Both the position numbers and the translations under genes were made by a program. A stretch of DNA of 64,000 bases from Macrostomum lignano (taxonomy: Eukaryota), in NCBI GenBank assembly GCA_002269645.1, contig NIVC01000555.1, positions 183,938-247,937 of the forward strand. Direction: 5' to 3'. Shown piece by piece: positions 56,761 through 64,000 of this stretch (positions are counted from its first letter, which is position 1; each line of letters begins with the position of its first letter). A model generated the notes under the pieces. It saw only the letters and a list, made by a program, of their open reading frames with translations, made no database searches and was not told where the DNA came from.

Positions 56761-57584
56761 ACCCAGAGATAACTCATAACAAATTGTCCCCATCTATGTA
56801 ATCAATTGTTGATTTTGCTAATTAAAATTATCCAATAACAAATATGTAAACATGATCATTTAAATGATGCAATTAAATCGACAAGCTTAATCGAAATTTA
56901 TTAGACCTGTAGATATTAATATAACCAAACAAATCAAACAATCAGTAGTGTATTCCAGTAGTATATATATATTTATTTATGATTATTATAAAATGTTAAA
57001 GCAAAATCAGTGACAAGCGCATACTACCTACACTACTCATAGTAAATTGTTAGACAGATTTATAATAATTTTGCAACATGGTCGACAAGCTTAGAGAAAG
57101 TTAATTAATTATTAATGATCACTGAACGATATAATAGTAATCAAAAAGCGTAAGAATTGTACTTTTCAATCAGTATGTACACAAGTTATCAGAATATTAT
57201 GTTGTCAAAACGAAATGTCAGTATATGGTTGTTAATCATAATGCGATTCAGTGCGCTACTACTGCTAGTATGATAAACGAACATATCTCAGCTGTTTATC
57301 AAAAACAGGCGGTGCTTTTAGTTTTTTTTTAAAAAATCATCTTTAAAAAAATTATAGTTTGTAGCATTGCACAGTTGCTGCTGAGGAAACCCGTGACCCG
57401 GTCAGTCACACGAGGCTGAGGGACAGGCGGATGCAAGTCTACTGCCTTGACAACAATCCAAGATTTGATTGGGTTGGTCTGGCCTAAGATGGTTGGTAAA
57501 AGCCTAACAGGTACTTGAAGAATGAGCCAGAGAATGGAGATGAGGATTTGAAAAATAGGTAGATATTGATTGTAAGTGGGTGGG

Positions 57585-59382
57585 TAGATCAGGGATGGGT
57601 CAGTGTGGATAGATCAGGTGTGGGTCAGTGTGGATAGATCAGGGATGGGTCAGTGTGGATACAGTGTGGATAGATCAGGGGTGGGTCAGTGTGGATAGAT
57701 CAGGTGTGGGTCAGTGTGGATAGATCAGAGATGGGTCAGTGTGGATAGATCAGGGGTGGGTCAGTGTGGATAGATCAGGGGTGGGCCAGTGTGGATAGAT
57801 CAGGGGTGGGCCAGTGTGGATAGATCAGGGGTGGGTCAGTGTGGATCGGGTGTGGGTCAGTGTGGATAGATCAGGGGTGGGTCAGTGTGGATAGATCAGG
57901 GGTGGGTCAGTGTGGATAGATCAGGGATGGGTCAGTGTGGATAGATCAGGGATGGGTCAGTGTGGATAGATCAGGGGTGGGTCAGTGTGGATAGATCAGG
58001 GGTGGGTCAGTGTGGATAGATCAGGTATGGGTCAGTGAGGATAGATCAGGGGTGGGTCAGTGTGGATAGATCAGGGATGGGTCAGTGTGGATAGATCAGG
58101 GATGGGTCAGTGTGGATAGATCAGGGGTGGGTCAGTGTGGATAGATCAGGGGTGGGTCAGTGTGGATAGATCAGGGGTGGGTCAGTGTGGATAGATCAGG
58201 GATGGGTCAGTGTGGATAGATCAGGGATGGGTCAGTGTGGATAGATCAGGGATGGGTCAGTGTGGATAGATCAGGGGTGGGTCAGTGTGGATAGATCAGG
58301 GGTGGGTCAGTGTGGATAGATCAGGGGTGGGTCAGTGTGGATAGATCAGGGATGGGTCAGTGTGGATAGATCAGGGATGGGTCAGTGTGGATAGATCAGG
58401 GGTGGGTCAGTGTGGATAGATCAGGGGTGGGTCAGTGTGGATAGATCAGGGATGGGTCAGTGTGGATAGATCAGGGGTGGGTCAGTGTGGATAGATCAGG
58501 GGTGAGTCAGTGTGGATAGATCAGGGGTGGGTCAGTGTGGATAGATCAGGGATGGGTCAGTGTGGATACAGTGTGGATAGATCAGGGGTGGGTCAGTGTG
58601 GATAGATCAGGGATGGGTCAGTGTGGATAGATCAGGGATGGGTCAGTGTGGATAGATCAGGGGTGGGTCAGAGTGGATAGATCAGGGGTGGGTCAGTGTG
58701 GATAGATCAGGGGTGAGTCAGTGTGGATAGATCAGGGGTGGGTCAGTGTGGATAGATCAAGGGTGGGTCAGTGTGGATAGATCAGGGGTGGGTCAGTGTG
58801 GATAGATCAAGGGTGGGTCAGTGAGGATAGATCAGGGGTGGGTTAGTGTGGATAGATCAGGGGTGGGTCAGTGTGGATAGATCAGGTATGGGTCAGTGAG
58901 GATAGATCAGGGGTGGGTCAGTGAGGATAGATCAAGGGTGGGTCAGTGAGGATAGATCAGGGGTGGGTTAGTGTGGATAGATCAGGGGTGGGTCAGTGTG
59001 GATAGATCAGGTATGGGTCAGTGAGGATAGATCAGGGGTGGGTCAGTGAGGATAGATCAGGGGTGGGTCAGTGAGGATAGATCAGGTATGGGTCAGTGAG
59101 GATAGATCAGGGGTGGGTCAGTGAGGATAGATCAAGGGTGGGTCAGTGAGGATAGATCAGGGGTGGGTCAGTGTGGATAGATCAGGTATGGGTCAGTGAG
59201 GATAGATCAGGGGTGGGTCAGTGTGGATAGATCAGGGGTGGGTCAGTGTGGATAGATCAGGGGTGGGTCAGTGTGGATAGATCAGGGGTGGGTCAGTGAG
59301 GATAGATCAGGGGTGGGTCAGTGTGGATAGATCAGGGGTGGGTCAGTGAGGATAGATCAGGGGTGGGTCAGTGTGGATAGAC
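57585..59382. repeat. 25-bp G-rich minisatellite (about 1.8 kb)
   Basis: GATCAGGGGTGGGTCAGTGTGGATA units. Confidence 0.97.
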
Positions 59383-60419
59383 CAGATAAGGGTGACTGGA
59401 GGGATGCAGGCCCAAGGACACTATGAAATCTCTCCAAGGACACTATGAAATCTCTCCAAGGACACTAGACAACAGACAGAAGCCTAAACAAGTACAGTAC
59501 AAACTGTATAAGAATACACAGTTATACAGATACATTAAAAAATCAATATTAAACGAATTTGAAGGTTAAAGAAACGCGTCTAAAAGAAAACTTAATGTGG
59601 GATCTTTAGAGGCTCAGGCAAAGCTTACATTAGTAGATTAATAAGGGAAATTATACCAGAGAGAAAGTGAAGCAAGATTTACGCACAAGCAAGGAAAATA
59701 AGCTGAGAAAGGTTTGGAAAGACACTCAGCACACGCCAGGAGTGCGAACGTACTGTGTGGCAAAATGACCGACTACTTATAGTAATATTTGATATCATGT
59801 GCGCTTAACGTTACTAATAAAAATACGTTATTTAAAATCGTTTAAAACTCAGAAATTTAGATACATATCGGTGGGTTTAGATGTTATTAATTCTGAGACA
59901 CCCGCTGTTAGGTATAAATGTATTTAGACCAAACTTAGAAGATTGAAAATTGAAAGACTGACGATTCACAGTCTACTTACTAAGTAGCTTAAAATAGTTT
60001 CCTGCTAGCAATAATTGCTGTTATCTTAAACTACTTATCCTGGTTAATTATCGATATCTATCGCCCCGAGAGCTTCTAATCATGTAACATGGACTTAAAA
60101 AAGATCCACCACGTTTAAGCTATAAGTTATTTTCGATACATATCGGCAGAAAAAAAACGTATAAAATTTAAAATCCTAGGCTTTAAAGTTATTTTCGATA
60201 CATATCGGCAATCGATGGGTGGAACCTTGTAAAATTAGTATGATATGCTAGATAATTAGTTTCGATACATATCAGCAACTAAAAAATAAACCCTCTGCGA
60301 TATCCATTGCTAGGCTAGACAAAGTTAATTTCAATACATATCGGCAATAGCGCACAACACACCCTGCACACAGAGTTAATCAAGTAAAAGCAAATATTTA
60401 TACAGATTCCAAAAAAATT

Positions 60420-63400
60420 TCACTCCAAAATCCCGTCATCATCGTCTTCGTCCGGGTTGGAATCCGATGGCGAGTGGGTGGCCGGTGACGAGGCCAGGTT
60501 GGCCGACGCCTGTCCCGAAGACCCGTCGGTAGCGGCGGTCCCGCCGGAGCCGTGGTCGGTTGCAGCGGCGGACAGCGCCCGGCCGGTTGGCAGCCACACC
60601 CGAATTGTGCAATCGTCGCTGGCTGTGACCAACATGCCGTGGTGCTGGGGATTCCACGCTACAGAGTTCACGATGCCCGAGTGACCCGACAGTCTGTAGG
60701 GAGGTGGTCAGGGCGGAGTTTGACACATTGTTCCTTAGTAGGTCATTGTGACCCCCAAGTCCTACAGTAGGTCACTGTGACTTCCAATTCCTACAGTAGG
60801 TCACTGTGACCCCCAATTCCTACAGTAGGTCACTGTAACTTCCAATTCATACAGTAGGTCACTGTGACACCCGATTCCTATAGTAGGTACCCCAGCACAC
60901 ACAAAGACACCCAGTTACCCCAGCACATTCTGGTCACAAAGACACCCAGTTACCCCAGCACATTCTGGTCACAAAGACACCCAGTTACCCCAGCACATTC
61001 TGGTCACAAAGACACCCAGTTACCCCAGCACATTCTGGTCACAAAGACACCCAGTTACCCCAGCACATTCTGGTCACAAAGACACCCAGTTACCCTAGCA
61101 CATTCTGGTCACAAAAACACCCAGTTACCCCAGCACACACAAAGACTAGTTCAGACACCCCTCCCTCACCTGTCAGGCTGGGAGTCGGCCCCTCCAATAC
61201 GCCAAACATGGGCGCAATTGTCCTGCGATCCGGAGGCCAAAAAGTTGCCAGTCAGCCCGCCGAAGCAGGCGTGCAGACAGTAGCCGCCTTGACTGATTCC
61301 AGGGCCTGCCAGCCGCTGCAGACAGACCCGATGCTGAAGATCCCACAGCCGCAGGCCAGAGTTGACAACATTCAATGCGGCAACCTGCTGGTCTCTGGAC
61401 AGGCACATGGCTATAATACTGCCGTCCTCCTGCAGCAGGGTCTCGTCTTGCATTGTGTCGAACCTGTACTGCCGAACTCGACCGAAAGAATCTGCAGCCA
61501 AGGCGGCCGTGTTGCCGTCGCGGTCCGTTCTGGTTGCCAGGGCAACTACGCGAATGAAATCCCAGGATTTGCGGTAGCCGGCCTCCAGGCTGAACAGGTA
61601 GAACTGGCCTGCAGGTTGGGGGGCGATGGTGCGTTTAGGGGTGATTGTCAAGGGTTTTTAGGAGCGATTTTCATGTGTTTATTGGAGATTCTCAGGAGTG
61701 TTTAAGGGAGATTCTCAAGGGTGCTTAAGGGAGATTCTCAGGAGTGTTTAAGGGAGATTCTCAAGGGTGTTTAAGGGAGATTCTCAGGGAGTGTTTAAGG
61801 GAGATTCTGAAGGGTGTTTATTGGAGATTCTCAAGGCTGTTCAGGGGAGATTCTCAAAGGTGTCTAAGGAAGATTCTCAAGGCTGTTTAAGGAAGATTCT
61901 TAGGGTGTTTGAGGGAGATTCTCAGGAGTGTTTAAGGGAAATTTTCAAGGGTGTTCAATGGAGATTCTCAAGGCTGTTCAGGGGAGATTCTCAATGGTGT
62001 TTAAGGGAGATTCTCAGGGAGTGTTTAAGGGAGATTCTCAAGGGTGTTGATTGGAGATTCTCAAGGCTGTTCACGGGAGATTCTCAAAGGTGTTTAAGGG
62101 AGATTCTCAGGAGTGTTTAAGGAAGATTCTTAGGGTGTTTAAAGGAGATTCTCAGGAGTGTTTAAGGGAGATTTTCAAGGGTGTTTAATGGAGATTCTCA
62201 AGGCTGTTCAGGGGAGATTCTCAAAGGTGTTTAGGGGAGATTCTCAAAGGTGTTTAAGGGAGATTCTCAGGAGTGTTTGAGGGAGATGGAGATTCTTAAG
62301 GGTGCTTAAGGAAGATTCTCAAAGTTGTTTAACGGAGATTCTCAGGAGTGCTTAAGGAAGATTCTCAAGGGTATTTAAGAAAGATTCTTAGGGTGTTTGA
62401 GGGAGATTCTCGGGAGTGTTTAAGGGCGATTCTCAAGGGTGTTTAGCGAAGATTCTCAATGGTGTTTAGCGGAGATTCTCAAAGGTGATTAAGGGAGATT
62501 CTTAAGGTCTGTTCAGGGGAGATTCTCAACAGCTTACCTCGAATGCCCCCGGCAACAAAGTGCACAGAGTCGGGAAACCAAGCCGCAGTGGTCAGCGACT
62601 CTTCCGGCGTGCCACCCCGGCTGAATCGCTGCGGCTCCGAGCTGCCGCCGCTCAGCACAGAGGCGCTGTTAACAACCACGCTAGCGCCGTTAGGATGAGA
62701 CTCCGCCAACAGGGAATGATGATGAGCAGCAGCTGACGCAGGCGGCAGCAGCGGCGGCGGAGAGACGCACCAGACAAGCACGTCGGAGCTGTCCTCGGCA
62801 GCGCAGCACAGCAACAGTCGGCTGTCTGGAGACCAAGCTAGACAGGCCACTCCGCCTCGCTCCTCGCCGATGTGGTACCGCCTAGCAACGCTCAGTCGGA
62901 GCGTCAGGTCGTCAACGCGCCAGATGAACACGGCGCCGTCTTTGCAGCCGGTGGCCAGGTGGCGGCCGTCTGGGGAGAATTGACAGCAGCGCACCTCGTC
63001 CTGGTGCTGGTCGGCCACCTGACGAGATCGGGCATGGTGGGCAGGGTTATAGATCAGTTTATGGAGATTTAATCACAGGTAGTCTGAGGTGTCTGAGGAC
63101 AGGTAGCCCCCCAGTCTCTGAGGTGTCTGAGGACAGGTAGCCTTTGGTCTCTGAGGTGTCGGTGGACAGGTAGCCCCCAGTCTCTGAGGTGTCTGAGGAC
63201 AGGTAGCCTTTAGTCTCTGAGGTGTCTGAGGACAGGTAGCCTTTAGTCTCTGAGGTGTCTGAGGACAGGTAGCCTTTAGTCTCTGAGGTGTTTGAGGACA
63301 GGTAGCCTTTAGTCTCTGAGGTGTTTGAGGACAGGTAGCCCCCAGTCTCTGAGGTGTCTGAGGACAGGTAGCCCCCAGTCTCTGAGGTGTCTGAGGACAG

Positions 63401-63734
63401 GTAGCCCCAGTTTCTGTGGACAGGTAGCCCCAGTCTCTGTGGACAGGTAGCCCAATCTCAGAAGTCAGTCTGCAATGATATCCGCTCTCTCACCTGGCCA
63501 CATCTGGCTGGAAACTCGGCGCTGTCCCTGCTGCAGGCGTGATCAGCCAGTAGCGACACCTCGGCAACGGGCAGGTCGGTGTTGTGATAGCGACACTTGG
63601 CCAGCTGGTACTGCACAGCTTCATCTAACAGTGACAGAAGTCGCCTGGGAGGCAGCATCACAGCCGGGGGGAAGAACTGCTGCAGTTGGTCTAGTAGGGC
63701 CTCGCGAGTGCCTTGATAGTTGGTTGGCACAGGG
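60420..63734 (-). CDS. WDR26: WD repeat protein 26 (GID7), last four exons; 5' exons lie beyond the window
   Basis: Exons 63734-63494, 63018-62538, 61608-61170 and 60693-60420 with compatible phases. Motifs [38 protein letters not shown] and [13 protein letters not shown]. Confidence 0.93.
60745..61135. repeat. Adjacent 29-bp and 35-bp minisatellites in a WDR26 intron
   Basis: Direct inspection. Confidence 0.92.
61680..62528. repeat. About 23-bp minisatellite in a WDR26 intron
   Basis: TTTAAGGGAGATTCTCAAGGGTG-type units. Confidence 0.93.
63085..63455. repeat. About 33-bp minisatellite in a WDR26 intron
   Basis: TCTCTGAGGTGTCTGAGGACAGGTAGCC-type units. Confidence 0.93.
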
Positions 63735-64000
63735 CTGAGAGTTAAATACTATTCAATTTAAATAGTAGCAGGTAATAACTGCTTGACAAAAATGACATGT
63801 TAGAGAATGGCTTCAACAGGTAAACACATTTAAAAAAGGAATAGAAGGCGATTAACTGGAGGGGTAGACAGCGGACCTCCAAAAATGAGTGGCGGATACC
63901 GGCCCTCTAAAAGAGACGGGGCGGATAGCGACCCTCTAAAAGAGAGGCGGATACCGGCCCTCTAAAAGAGAAGGCGGATCGTGGCCCTCTAAAGAGTAGG

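Overview
Repeat-rich animal genomic DNA with GT-AG introns. The GC-rich exons, minisatellite-filled introns and WSC/PAN gene resemble a free-living flatworm such as Macrostomum (inference only). No prokaryotic operons, rRNA, tRNA or CRISPR arrays were found. Positions 1-30.5 kb hold a recently duplicated cluster of two unrecognised, distantly paralogous all-helical proteins arranged head-to-tail. A (267-268 aa, soluble) has 4 intact copies. B (293-299 aa, with a 42-residue uncharged Gly/Ala-rich hairpin) has 2 intact copies and 3 altered copies that all lack most or all of the hairpin. Each B copy, and both A copies that keep their own upstream region, carry clustered kappaB/Rel-like motifs. 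The best novel-system candidate is therefore an inducible pore-forming effector plus a hairpin-less partner or decoy. The cluster also holds an intact Crypton-type (DUF3504) tyrosine recombinase element, a young non-autonomous CsRn1-like Gypsy LTR element, several MITEs and a WSC-PAN pseudogene. Positions 31-64 kb hold a 3-finger Gfi/Senseless-like gene with an in-frame TGA, CHMP2A, a divergent Popeye-domain gene, the 3' part of WDR26 and small orphan ORFs. Almost every intron there is filled by its own minisatellite. All homology calls come from recognising motifs by eye; no database searches were run.
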